This document shows, piece by piece, positions 29,940 through 39,058 of a stretch of 64,000 nucleotides of DNA. Within the stretch, counting starts at the first letter, position 1, and every line of letters begins with the position of its first letter. The translations under genes and the position numbers were made by a program. The notes beneath the pieces are model-generated. The model was not told where the DNA came from. It did not search any database and saw only the letters and a program-made list of their open reading frames with translations. This DNA is from Candidatus Latescibacterota bacterium (GTDB lineage Bacteria > Latescibacterota > UBA2968): positions 2,272,001-2,336,000 of the forward strand of contig OZ242195.1 of assembly GCA_965205975.1 (NCBI GenBank), written 5' to 3'.

Positions 29940-32234
29940 GTGAAAAAATTTTGTACATACAATTTTTTAGTCCTCATTGTACTATTGGGCGGGAGCACGG
30001 GCGCACAAGAAGGCCCGGTGATTCAGGAGATCCGCATTCGAGGCAATGATTGGGTCGAGATTTCTTTTATCGAATCTCAAAGCGGCTTATTCAAAGGACA
30101 GAATCTGGTAGAAGGCGAAGTCGCGCGGGTGATCCGCAATCTTTATAAAAGCGGTCTGTTTTCCGACATAAAGATCTCTATAGATAAGGTGCCAGAGGGT
30201 GTGGCTGTCATTATTGATTTGAAAGCCGTGCCGCGTTTGGGTGAGGTGATCTTTAAGGGCAATCGCGCAATAAAGGATAAGACACTAAAGCGCGAATCGA
30301 AATTGACTGAAGGCCAGTTAATAAAGCACCGAGAAAAAAAGAGAACGGTCAACAAGCTGGTCGCGCTCTATCGCAAAAAGGGCTATTTGCTCGCCTCAGT
30401 AGATGTACAAGAAGAGGCGGTTGATAAAGATGGGCGATTGCCACTGACCTTTGAAATTCACGAGGGCGAAAAGGTCAATTTGAAAAAGATTCGTTTTCAC
30501 GGCAATACGGCATTGACCGGGAAGCAACTGCGCAAGCAAATGAAAGAGACCAAACAAGACGGCTGGTGGTTTGGGGGAGGTAAATACAGCGAGGAGACTT
30601 ATCCCGACGACAAAGAATTGGTCCTGGCCTTTTACCGGCAAAAAGGATATCGAGAAGCGGCAATTGTATCCGATAGCTTGTCCTATGGCCCAGATAAAAA
30701 AAATATGTACCTCGATATTGCGATCGAAGAAGGGCCGCTTTATCGCTTTGGCGCAGTGAGTTGGTCGGGCAATGAGAAAATCACCGATGCCGGTTTTTCT
30801 CACTTTATTGTAGTCGATTCAGGCGCGGTTTACAACGAAGAGCGCGTCTTAAAATCGCGAGAGCAATTGCAAAATGCCTATATGGACATTGGGCATATTG
30901 GCGCGCAGGTTTTTCCACAACAAAAACCCATTGAAGGTCACGTCGTCAATGTGCATTTTGACGTAGTCGAAAAAGATCCGTGGACAATTCGCAAAATTTT
31001 GATTACGGGCAATACCAAAACCAAAGACCGCGTGATTCGACGCGAATTGCGCGTGCGACCAGGTGATACGTTTAGCCGCGCACTTTTGGAACGCAGCGTG
31101 CGCGAAGTCATGCAACTCAACTTTTTCACCAATGTGTTGCCCGAACCTATTGCCGTAGAAGAAACATCAGAGATCGATCTCGAGTTCACCATAGAAGAAA
31201 AGTCAACGGGTACGGCGTCTATTGGGGCGGGGTATAGCGAACGCGACAAGCTCATTGGCACCATTGGATTGCAAATTCCCAATTTTAGAGGCAATGGACA
31301 ACAACTCGATTTTCAGTGGGAGTTTGGATCGCGCCGCGAAACCTTTAGCATTGGATTTACCGAACCGTGGTTCCGCAACACCCCCACGAGTATATCGGCA
31401 TCGCTGTTCCGAAGCACCATACGACTGGCAACTTATGGTGTAGCAGACTTCGACCAGCGTACAGAAGGCGGTGCATTTCGCCTCGGACGCAGACTGCGCT
31501 GGCCAGATTATTCGCGCATTTCTGGAGGATATCGCATCGAGAAGGTTGCTTTTATCAATTTTTCCGACAGTACAGATGTAAACAATCCCTTTTACCAGGA
31601 CAATATAACCAGCAGCATCAGCGCGAACTTGACCCGCGACAGCCGCGATTTGCCGATTTTTCCCACATCTGGAGGCGTAATTTCCTATTCGCCCGCATTG
31701 GCTGGCGGATTTTTGGGCGGTAATAGAGATTTTCACAAGCACGATATTGTCACGAGTTTTTACTTTCCCATATTCTGGCGATTGGCCTTAAATGTGCGAT
31801 CACAATTGGGCTTTGTCGCCAGTTATGGCACCGAGCGTGTCCCGTATCAGGAATTGTATCTGCCGGGTGGCGTTGACATTTTTGAAGGCACCATGTTGCG
31901 CGGTTATCCCGACCGCTCAATTGGCCCTCGTAATATTGCAGGGGAGCCAACTGGAGGTGTCGCCCAGTTGTTGTTTAACGCAGAGATCAGCATTCCCATT
32001 GTGCCCAATCAGTTTTACGGTCTCATTTTTGCAGATGCGGGTAATGCCTGGGACAATCTGGATCGGATCAGCCTGACGGATATGCGTCGGTCAGCCGGTT
32101 TTGGCATTCGGATTGTAGCACCTGTAGTGGGTATTATGGGATTTGATTTTGCATGGGGATTTGACCGTCGGCGTGTCGATGGTCAGTCCGTACAGATGAT
32201 GACGCATTTCCAATTCGGTCCGCAATTTTATTAG
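29940..32234 (+). CDS. bamA: outer membrane protein assembly factor BamA
   Basis: POTRA repeats (GNTKTKDRVIRREL), FTEPW, LRGY motif and an aromatic C-terminal strand. Confidence 0.95.
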   Translation: MKKFCTYNFLVLIVLLGGSTGAQEGPVIQEIRIRGNDWVEISFIESQSGLFKGQNLVEGEVARVIRNLYKSGLFSDIKISIDKVPEGVAVIIDLKAVPRLGEVIFKGNRAIKDKTLKRESKLTEGQLIKHREKKRTVNKLVALYRKKGYLLASVDVQEEAVDKDGRLPLTFEIHEGEKVNLKKIRFHGNTALTGKQLRKQMKETKQDGWWFGGGKYSEETYPDDKELVLAFYRQKGYREAAIVSDSLSYGPDKKNMYLDIAIEEGPLYRFGAVSWSGNEKITDAGFSHFIVVDSGAVYNEERVLKSREQLQNAYMDIGHIGAQVFPQQKPIEGHVVNVHFDVVEKDPWTIRKILITGNTKTKDRVIRRELRVRPGDTFSRALLERSVREVMQLNFFTNVLPEPIAVEETSEIDLEFTIEEKSTGTASIGAGYSERDKLIGTIGLQIPNFRGNGQQLDFQWEFGSRRETFSIGFTEPWFRNTPTSISASLFRSTIRLATYGVADFDQRTEGGAFRLGRRLRWPDYSRISGGYRIEKVAFINFSDSTDVNNPFYQDNITSSISANLTRDSRDLPIFPTSGGVISYSPALAGGFLGGNRDFHKHDIVTSFYFPIFWRLALNVRSQLGFVASYGTERVPYQELYLPGGVDIFEGTMLRGYPDRSIGPRNIAGEPTGGVAQLLFNAEISIPIVPNQFYGLIFADAGNAWDNLDRISLTDMRRSAGFGIRIVAPVVGIMGFDFAWGFDRRRVDGQSVQMMTHFQFGPQFY

Positions 32235-32304
32235 CGGTCAGACTCCTCCTGTACCCATGGATGGCAAGGGAGGGCCAAAAGCACTATTCACGGAGGGAAT
32301 TTTG

Positions 32305-32853
32305 ATGACACGCTGTCGCTTACTTTATGTCGCGCTATCTCTGGCACTAACTGGAATAGCCAGTACTGCTGGCGCGGAGCTAAAGCTGGGGTATATTGAT
32401 TCGCAGAAAATTTTGGATCAATACAAACCCTATCAAGATGCTTTGAGAGAATATAGCCGTTACGAAGATGAACTCCAGCGCAAGATGAGCACCATGCAAA
32501 ACGATCTCGCCAAGATGCAAGACACCTACGAACGCCAATCTCTGCTTTTGAGTGACAAACGCAAACAAGAAGAGCAGCAGGCCATTTTGAAAAAACAGCA
32601 GGAACTGCAGCGGTTTGTACAAGACACCACCTCGCCACAAGGCAGTCTCGCGCGCAAGACCGCGGAATTGTCCGAACCTATTATTCAAACAGTGAATGCG
32701 GTTATCAAACAAGTGGCAGAGGACGAAGGCTTTGATTTTGTACTCAATTCGACTGCGCTGGCCTATGCGAAAGAGACACACGATTTGACCGATAAGGTCC
32801 TCGAAGCACTGGCCAAAGATCTCGAGGCCAAAGCGAAAACCGAGGGACCATAG
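32305..32853 (+). CDS. skp: OmpH/Skp periplasmic chaperone
   Basis: Signal peptide, KLGYIDSQKI, coiled coil and DLTDKVL. SD GGAGG before ATG 32305. Confidence 0.92.
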   Translation: MTRCRLLYVALSLALTGIASTAGAELKLGYIDSQKILDQYKPYQDALREYSRYEDELQRKMSTMQNDLAKMQDTYERQSLLLSDKRKQEEQQAILKKQQELQRFVQDTTSPQGSLARKTAELSEPIIQTVNAVIKQVAEDEGFDFVLNSTALAYAKETHDLTDKVLEALAKDLEAKAKTEGP

Positions 32854-32945
32854 TACATTATCTATATATGTTGTTTTCTATTGAAAGTCTCTGATTTACC
32901 CAGCAGGGTGACCGGAGACTTTTTAATATAATATTGGAGGATGTC

Positions 32946-33383
32946 GTGACTTTGGATATTAGAGATATTGAAAAAATTCTTCCGCATCGTTATCCTTTTC
33001 TCCTGATAGATCGCGTAACCGAGTTGGTGCCCGGCGAGCGGCTGGTCGCGTACAAAAATGTGTCAGCTAATGAGCCGTTTTTTCAGGGACATTTTCCCGG
33101 CAATCCCGTGATGCCGGGCGTGCTTATTATCGAAGCACTGGCTCAGGCCGCTGCAATTTTGATGAGTGATGGGCAGGAAAGCGATTTGATCCCATTGTTT
33201 ATGGGCATTGACAAAGCGCGTTTCCGAAGGCAAGTTGTGCCCGGTGATCAACTCCAGCTAAAAATCGAAGTAGGCCAAAAACGCCGCAATGTGTGCAAAG
33301 GAATTGGCGAAGCCACAGTGGATGGCGATGTCGCTGCACAGGCGGAATTGATGGCGATGTTTGCAAAGCGCGAAGATTTGTAG
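32946..33383 (+). CDS. fabZ: 3-hydroxyacyl-ACP dehydratase
   Basis: LPHRYPFLLIDR and NEPFFQGHFP..PVMPGVLIIEALAQ. GTG 32946 follows SD GGAGG (alternative TTG at 32934). Confidence 0.96.
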   Translation: MTLDIRDIEKILPHRYPFLLIDRVTELVPGERLVAYKNVSANEPFFQGHFPGNPVMPGVLIIEALAQAAAILMSDGQESDLIPLFMGIDKARFRRQVVPGDQLQLKIEVGQKRRNVCKGIGEATVDGDVAAQAELMAMFAKREDL

Positions 33384-33399
33384 CACCTATCCTCATTCT

Positions 33400-33442
33400 A
33401 ACAAAAAACTCGGCACCAATCTAAAAGCCGAGTTTTTTGTTT
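33400..33442. terminator. bidirectional intrinsic terminator
   Basis: AACAAAAAACTCGGC...GCCGAGTTTTTTGTT between convergent fabZ and ABC-F genes. Confidence 0.85.
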
Positions 33443-33477
33443 TATAAAAGTGTTCAGCGAAAATATCCGCGCGCCAC

Positions 33478-35349
33478 TCATTTTTCTCTTTCCAAAACTT
33501 CCCATTCCTCAAATAAGTGATCCATTCTATTTTGAATCCCTTCCTTTTCCTGTGCCAGTTCTTTCAGGCGATGCCAGTCGGTAGCGAGGTCTTCTCTCGC
33601 CATTTCTTCCGTTAGCTGGATAGCCTGATCCTCAAGTATAGCTATCGCTTCTTCTATTTCGGCTAAGCGGCGTTCTCGTCTTTGCTGCTGCCGCATTGCA
33701 CGCTTGCGATTTTTATAGTCGGTTTGCGTTTTGGGTGCATTCTGTACGGTCGGTATTTCTACACCCTGTATCTGACGCTGGTAAGTATCGTAATTGCCGT
33801 CCACCAGTTGCCACTTTCCGTCGCCAAGCACGATCAGGCGATTGACCAGACGGTTGAGAAAATATCGGTCGTGTGAAACCGCGATTACAGTCCCCTCAAA
33901 AGTCTCAAGCGCGTTTTCCAGCACATGGCGGGAGGCGATATCCAGATGGTTGGTGGGTTCGTCGAGCACCAGCAGATTGAGGGGGGAACGCATGAGTTTG
34001 GCCAGGGCAACACGGCTTTGTTCTCCCCCACTGAGCGAACCCGTCTCGCGTTCCACGTCGTCCCCAGAAAAGAGAAAAGCACCCAGAAAGTTTCTAATCT
34101 CCTCTTCCGGAACATTGGGCGTGAGTGACCAAATTTCTTCGAGAACGCTCAAATTGGGATTCAGGTCCTGACGGGTTTGCGCGTAATATCCAATCTCGAG
34201 ACCTTTGCCCGGAATAACGCGTCCCGAGTCCGGTGCGAGTTGTTCCATAAAAATTTTCAAAAGTACGGATTTGCCCGAACCATTGGGACCTATAATGCCA
34301 AGGCGCTCGCCCCACCACAACGTGAGATTGAGATCGGCAAACAGAGGATGGTCAGGATAGGCTTTGGTAAGATTTTCAACCTGTAAAACGCGATCTCCCC
34401 CCCGTGAGGTGGCGTCAAATTTGAGCGCGATATCGCGTTGTTGTACAACGCGTTCTACGCGATCGAGTTTTTCAAGTGCCCTGCGTCGGCTCTGCGCCTG
34501 CTTGGTCTTTTGTCCGGCGATATTCCGGCGGATATACTCTTCGGTTCGCTCAATATGCGCTTGTTGCGCACGATAGGCTTTTTGCTGCTGCGCACGACGC
34601 TGTTCTTTTTCGTAGATATAAAAGGAATATGTTCCCGAATACTGTTCGACCACGCCTCGTTCCAGATCTACAATTTTGGTCACAGTGCGCTCGAGAAAAG
34701 TGCGGTCATGGGAAATAATGACAAAGGCTTTGGCATAATCCGAAAGAAAGTACTCGAGCCACTCTATAGCCTGCAGATCGAGATGATTGGTAGGTTCGTC
34801 CAGAAGCAACAAACCGGGTTCTCTTGCGAGCAATTGGCCAAGAGCCAGGCGATTTTTCTGCCCGCCACTGAGCACTTGCGTTGACAATTTCAGATCGGTT
34901 TCGCAAAAACCAAGACCGAAAAGAATGGCTTTGGCACGGGCTTCTGTCGCATACCCACCCATGTGCTCATACTGGTCTCGGAGATGCCCGTAATCATCGA
35001 GTACTGCATCGGAATTTTTACCCTCAGCCATAGTTTTTTCCAAATCCTGAAGGCGGTGTTGCAGAGCCAGAATATCGGCAAAAGCATCGAGTGCCGCGTC
35101 CATAACTGTGCATTCTGGATCAAATGTGGGTTCCTGTGTCAGAAATCCAATATTGAGATCGCGCTGCCTGTGCAGTTGCCCTCGATCGGGTAGGCTTTCT
35201 TCGGTTATGAGCCGAAGCAACGTGGTTTTGCCACACCCGTTGGGACCGACAAGCCCAATGCGATCACCTGGATCAATTTGCCAATGAATACCAGTGAGCA
35301 CATCGTACGCGCCGAAAGATTTCCAGATATCTTCGAGTTGGATAATCAC
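33478..35349 (-). CDS. ABC-F family ATP-binding protein (YdiF/YheS-like)
   Basis: Two ABC domains (GPNGCGKTT, LSGG, DEPTNHLD x2), linker, no TM and a C-terminal coiled coil. Confidence 0.93.
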   Translation of the reverse strand: MIIQLEDIWKSFGAYDVLTGIHWQIDPGDRIGLVGPNGCGKTTLLRLITEESLPDRGQLHRQRDLNIGFLTQEPTFDPECTVMDAALDAFADILALQHRLQDLEKTMAEGKNSDAVLDDYGHLRDQYEHMGGYATEARAKAILFGLGFCETDLKLSTQVLSGGQKNRLALGQLLAREPGLLLLDEPTNHLDLQAIEWLEYFLSDYAKAFVIISHDRTFLERTVTKIVDLERGVVEQYSGTYSFYIYEKEQRRAQQQKAYRAQQAHIERTEEYIRRNIAGQKTKQAQSRRRALEKLDRVERVVQQRDIALKFDATSRGGDRVLQVENLTKAYPDHPLFADLNLTLWWGERLGIIGPNGSGKSVLLKIFMEQLAPDSGRVIPGKGLEIGYYAQTRQDLNPNLSVLEEIWSLTPNVPEEEIRNFLGAFLFSGDDVERETGSLSGGEQSRVALAKLMRSPLNLLVLDEPTNHLDIASRHVLENALETFEGTVIAVSHDRYFLNRLVNRLIVLGDGKWQLVDGNYDTYQRQIQGVEIPTVQNAPKTQTDYKNRKRAMRQQQRRERRLAEIEEAIAILEDQAIQLTEEMAREDLATDWHRLKELAQEKEGIQNRMDHLFEEWEVLEREK

Positions 35350-36164
35350 CTTTTACCGCCTCTTGCGCTATTAAGCACCTGACGCAGATCTTCCGCAGAT
35401 TGTCGAGCGGCGTCTGCAAAATCAATACCACTGGAAGCGTAGAGGATGCTGCGCGACGAGTTGACGAGAATACCGCTGCCTTTTCCGTTCAGACCATTTT
35501 GGACAATTGCATTAGTCTGACCACCTTGCGTTCCCACGCCGGGCAAAAGGATGGGGAGGTCAGTGGCAATCGCACGAATGGTTTTTAAGTCGTTGGGATG
35601 TGTTGCACCCACAACGAGACCGCAGGGTCCTATTTCCGACCATTTCACAGCTTTTTGCGTGAGCACCTCATACAGCACGCCCAGATCTGTGTTGAGGCGC
35701 AAAATATCAGCCGACCCGGAATTGGATGTGAGACACAAAAGGAAAGCACAGCCGTTTTGATAAGCCAAAAAGGGAGCAATAGCATCTGTTCCCATCAGAG
35801 GGTTGACAGTCACGGCATCAACGCCGAGTTGGCAATATGCCATGTATGCATAGTGTTCTGCTGTATTGCCAATATCGCCAGCTTTGAAATCGAGTATAAT
35901 TGGCATATCGTTGGGAATAGCATGGATCGCACCTTGAAGTGCCTCCCACCCCGCTATACCCTGCGCGCCAAAAAATGCAAAATTGGGTTTATACGCACAT
36001 GCAATATCTCGCGTGGCGGCTATAATTTCCTTGAGAAAAGCGAGTGTGGGATTGGATTTCCCTTTGAGGTGTTCGGGCAGTTTTGCCGGATCGGGATCAA
36101 GCCCCACGCACACAAAACTATCGTTGCGTTGTACCGTATCACTGTATTTCTCTAAAAAAGACAT
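35346..36164 (-). CDS. pyrF: orotidine-5'-phosphate decarboxylase
   Basis: CVGLDP, YKPNFAFF, DFKAGDIGNT, GLVVGAT, PGVGTQGG and NSSRSILYAS. Confidence 0.96.
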   Translation of the reverse strand: MSFLEKYSDTVQRNDSFVCVGLDPDPAKLPEHLKGKSNPTLAFLKEIIAATRDIACAYKPNFAFFGAQGIAGWEALQGAIHAIPNDMPIILDFKAGDIGNTAEHYAYMAYCQLGVDAVTVNPLMGTDAIAPFLAYQNGCAFLLCLTSNSGSADILRLNTDLGVLYEVLTQKAVKWSEIGPCGLVVGATHPNDLKTIRAIATDLPILLPGVGTQGGQTNAIVQNGLNGKGSGILVNSSRSILYASSGIDFADAARQSAEDLRQVLNSARGGKR

Positions 36165-36183
36165 TCAATCTCTCCGTTAAGCA

Positions 36184-36214
36184 AATGGCGGACCCCTCGT
36201 GGGAATCCGCCGTT
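36184..36214 (-). terminator. hairpin downstream of rnpB
   Basis: AATGGCGGA...TCCGCCGTT inverted repeat. Confidence 0.55.
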
Positions 36215-36248
36215 ACTGAATAACACCGCTTCAGCACATGCTTTGAAA

Positions 36249-36616
36249 CAAGCGGGCCTGTAAGCCGAGTTCTGTCGTTTGGTAGCCCAAACGGATGGTC
36301 ATTTATCTGGGACGCCGGTTACCCGACGCCTCTTGCGGCCTACCCGAGCGTAATAGCGAGACGGGCCATCTCTCCGCTCCTATTCGGCCTTGCTCCAAAT
36401 GGGGTTTACCGTGCCGCGCTCGTCGCCGAGTCGCGCGGTGGGCTCTTACCCCACCGTTTCACCCTTGCCCGCAGCGCGAAAAATCGCGCCCGCTGGCGGT
36501 CTGTTCTCTGTGGCACTTTCCATCGGGTCGCCCCGCCTGGGTGTTACCCAGCATTTTGCCCTGTGGAGCTCGGACTTTCCTCATCCCGAAAGGGATGCGA
36601 CCACCCAGCCCACTTG
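36249..36616 (-). ncRNA. rnpB: RNase P RNA (bacterial type A)
   Basis: Minus strand carries GAGGAAAGTCC near the 5' end and ACAGAACTCGGCTTAC near the 3' end. P1 is CAAGTGGGC / GCCCGCTTG. Confidence 0.97.
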
Positions 36617-36624
36617 TAATATTT

Positions 36625-37047
36625 TTATTTTTTAGACGTATCGGCACTGTCTTTTGTTGCAATGCCCTGATTTGCCAATCGGTCAGCTTCTCTATTTTGC
36701 TCTCGGCGCACATGTCTGATCCGAAAGCCATCAAAAGTTCTACTCTGCATCTGGGCAGTTTGATAAAGCGGCAAAAGCCCCCCACTTTTGACTTTGTATG
36801 TCCCATTCATCTGGTGAACCACGAGTTCGCTGTCGGAAAAAACTGTCACCCGATTGGCTTTGAACTGTGCCGCTATTTCGAGCCCCTTGATCAGCGCGCG
36901 ATACTCTGCAACATTATTGGTCGTACAGCCAATATATTCACAGTGTTCTGCGAGCAACTCTCCACCTGCTTCAATGCGAATACCAATACCAGCATGCCCG
37001 GGATTGCCCTTGGATGCCCCATCGATAAATAGGGTCAATTCGGTCAA
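36625..37047 (-). CDS. ribonuclease HI family protein
   Basis: FIDGASKGNPG.AG, TNNVAEYRAL, SDSELVV.Q and REQNREADRLAN. Confidence 0.92.
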   Translation of the reverse strand: MTELTLFIDGASKGNPGHAGIGIRIEAGGELLAEHCEYIGCTTNNVAEYRALIKGLEIAAQFKANRVTVFSDSELVVHQMNGTYKVKSGGLLPLYQTAQMQSRTFDGFRIRHVRREQNREADRLANQGIATKDSADTSKK

Positions 37048-37766
37048 GCCGCAGCCTCTTCGTCACTCCACACCAGAAGGCGACCACAACTTTCGCAACG
37101 CATGATGCTATCGGCACGTCTGACTTCCACCAGGCGTTGAGGAGATAATTGGCGGTAACAGCCGCCACAGGACCCTTTGCGAACTGGCACAATAGCAATA
37201 CCGCCTTTGACAACTTTGCGAATGCTATTGTATATGCTTAAAGGGCGGCGTTCCACACCGGGTTCGATGGCTGACCGTTTCTTTTTCCAGGCACGCACAT
37301 CTTTTTCTACAGAATTGAGTTTGACCGTTAATTCGTCAATGCGTTTTTGCCGGTCTTCTTCAATTTCCCGGTAGTAATTTTCGTCTTCGCGGAGTTTTTC
37401 CACAATTTTTTCAACTGTATCGATACTTTCCAAAATGGCGGTTTCGTGTTGGTCCTTGCGGTCGTGGAGGGTCGCAATTTCGATTTGCAAGGCATCGTAT
37501 TCTTTGTTGGTCTTTACCTCATAAAGCCTATCTTGATGTTTTTTCAGGTCTTCTTCTATTGCGCTGAGTTCTCTTTCGAGTGCCCGGCGATCTTTTTCCA
37601 GTTCTTCACTGCGCTGTTTTTGGGCGTCGAGTTGATCGCGTGCATCTTGCAGTTCACCGTTGAGACTGTTGATTTCTTTGGGATAATCGGTTTGAGATTG
37701 GTGCAACGCGTTGATTTCTTTATCGATTTCTTGAAGTTTCAGCAAATTAACCAAACTCTCTCTCAT
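37044..37766 (-). CDS. coiled-coil protein with C4 zinc ribbon (DUF164/CT398-like)
   Basis: LLKLQEID, long coiled coil, CGGC...CESCGRLL. Confidence 0.9.
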   Translation of the reverse strand: MRESLVNLLKLQEIDKEINALHQSQTDYPKEINSLNGELQDARDQLDAQKQRSEELEKDRRALERELSAIEEDLKKHQDRLYEVKTNKEYDALQIEIATLHDRKDQHETAILESIDTVEKIVEKLREDENYYREIEEDRQKRIDELTVKLNSVEKDVRAWKKKRSAIEPGVERRPLSIYNSIRKVVKGGIAIVPVRKGSCGGCYRQLSPQRLVEVRRADSIMRCESCGRLLVWSDEEAAA

Positions 37767-37788
37767 GCGTGGGTCTCCTTGTGAAGCG

Positions 37789-37828
37789 AAAAAAGAAAAG
37801 GTGCTACCCTGAGCAGGTGCACCTTTCT
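37789..37828 (-). terminator. intrinsic terminator after the tRNA
   Basis: Minus strand AAAGGTGC...GCACCTTT followed by TCTTTTTT. Confidence 0.65.
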
Positions 37829-37876
37829 ATGGCCGTCTTTGCTACAACTTGAACCTCTTGATCAGAGGCATTGTAA

Positions 37877-37953
37877 TGGTGGGCGATACTGGATTTGAAC
37901 CAGTGACCTCCGGTATGTGAAACCGGCACTCTAACCAACTGAGCTAATCGCCC
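37877..37953 (-). tRNA. tRNA-Val (anticodon CAC)
   Basis: GGGCGATTAGCTCAGTTGGTTAGAG..., anticodon stem-loop CCGGT-TTCACAT-ACCGG, T-loop GGTTCAAATCC and 3' CCA. Confidence 0.97.
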
Positions 37954-38103
37954 AATTTTGCAATAATACCGCACAGAACAGCCAACCTATTTTTTAAAAA
38001 TTAAGAGCAGGACAGAAAATTTTACAACGCATTTTAATTAACAAAAGATAGTTTGGGATGTCAAGCCCGATTCCTGAAATCAGGCTCTGGCTACCCCCCA
38101 CAT

Positions 38104-38868
38104 TTACGCATTTTCTTCTAACTGCACAGTATCGGGCCGCCGACCTATTGACGGTGGAGCCATTAAGCGAATCTGTTGTGCCGTCAAATTTTCATAATCA
38201 TCGACATTGTAATACGTATTTGCCCACGATGAATGTCCGGGACTGTATTTATACAGAAATGCGCGCCGCTCGTGACCGGCTGTCCACGGCATCGTTCCAT
38301 GTACCAGTGCCTCTGTAAAAATCAACGCATCTCCCGCGTTCACTTCGGGCTGTACCACATAGTGAGGCGCCCGTTCATACTCCCGCACATCCTGTGGAAT
38401 GCTGTTCAAAAAATTGGTCTTGTGCGTGCCGGGAATACAACAAAACCCACCATCGCCTTTGCGTGCAGGCATCGTAAAAAAGGTCACCACCGTCAACCCG
38501 GTTCGAATAACACCATCGCGGTATTTGTACCAGTGGTCGCCCTCGCGTCCATTATCGCCCCCGTGCAATCGCCCTCGTTGCCCACCTTTTTGCATAAAAA
38601 TGCTGTAATCGTGATCAATTCGCACCTTTGGTCCCAAAAATTCCAGCAGATAAGGCATAATCTTCGGGTGATCCAACAACCTCTGAAAAGGTATCCCCCA
38701 CGTTGAGGGCCGCCCCACATTGCGATATTTGCCATCGACCTTTTTCATCTTCTCATCGGCAATCGCATTGAGTTCATCCACTTCCCGCTCTGAAAGCACA
38801 TTCTCAATGACAATATAGCCATCTAAGTCAAATACAAATTTCTCTTCAATATCCACCGATAACGGCAT
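38104..38868 (-). CDS. phytanoyl-CoA dioxygenase (PhyH)-family Fe/2OG enzyme, LHGG variant
   Basis: FDLDGYIV, LLDHP, GGF..IPGTHK, AGD.LIF.E.L.HG and ERR. Confidence 0.85.
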   Translation of the reverse strand: MPLSVDIEEKFVFDLDGYIVIENVLSEREVDELNAIADEKMKKVDGKYRNVGRPSTWGIPFQRLLDHPKIMPYLLEFLGPKVRIDHDYSIFMQKGGQRGRLHGGDNGREGDHWYKYRDGVIRTGLTVVTFFTMPARKGDGGFCCIPGTHKTNFLNSIPQDVREYERAPHYVVQPEVNAGDALIFTEALVHGTMPWTAGHERRAFLYKYSPGHSSWANTYYNVDDYENLTAQQIRLMAPPSIGRRPDTVQLEENA

Positions 38869-39058
38869 GCTTTACTCCTTATGGATATGGACACAAAACA
38901 ATCGGATTTTAAAAAAGATAATAGCCTCAACAACCCTCGTCAATGAAGTTCCTTAAAGTGAGGTTCCATGATACAGAATGCTTTGTTCCTTGCCTATGTT
39001 GATAAACTGAAGTATTTTTTACAGGATATTTTGAATATCGGGCCTGAAGGAATTAGAC

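Noticed and set aside
36295..37032. 245-aa plus-strand ORF
   Set aside because: Antisense shadow of rnpB and the RNase HI gene.
37830..37875. GAGGTTCAAG hairpin region resembling part of 6S RNA
   Set aside because: Too short, and it lacks the long rod with central bubble.
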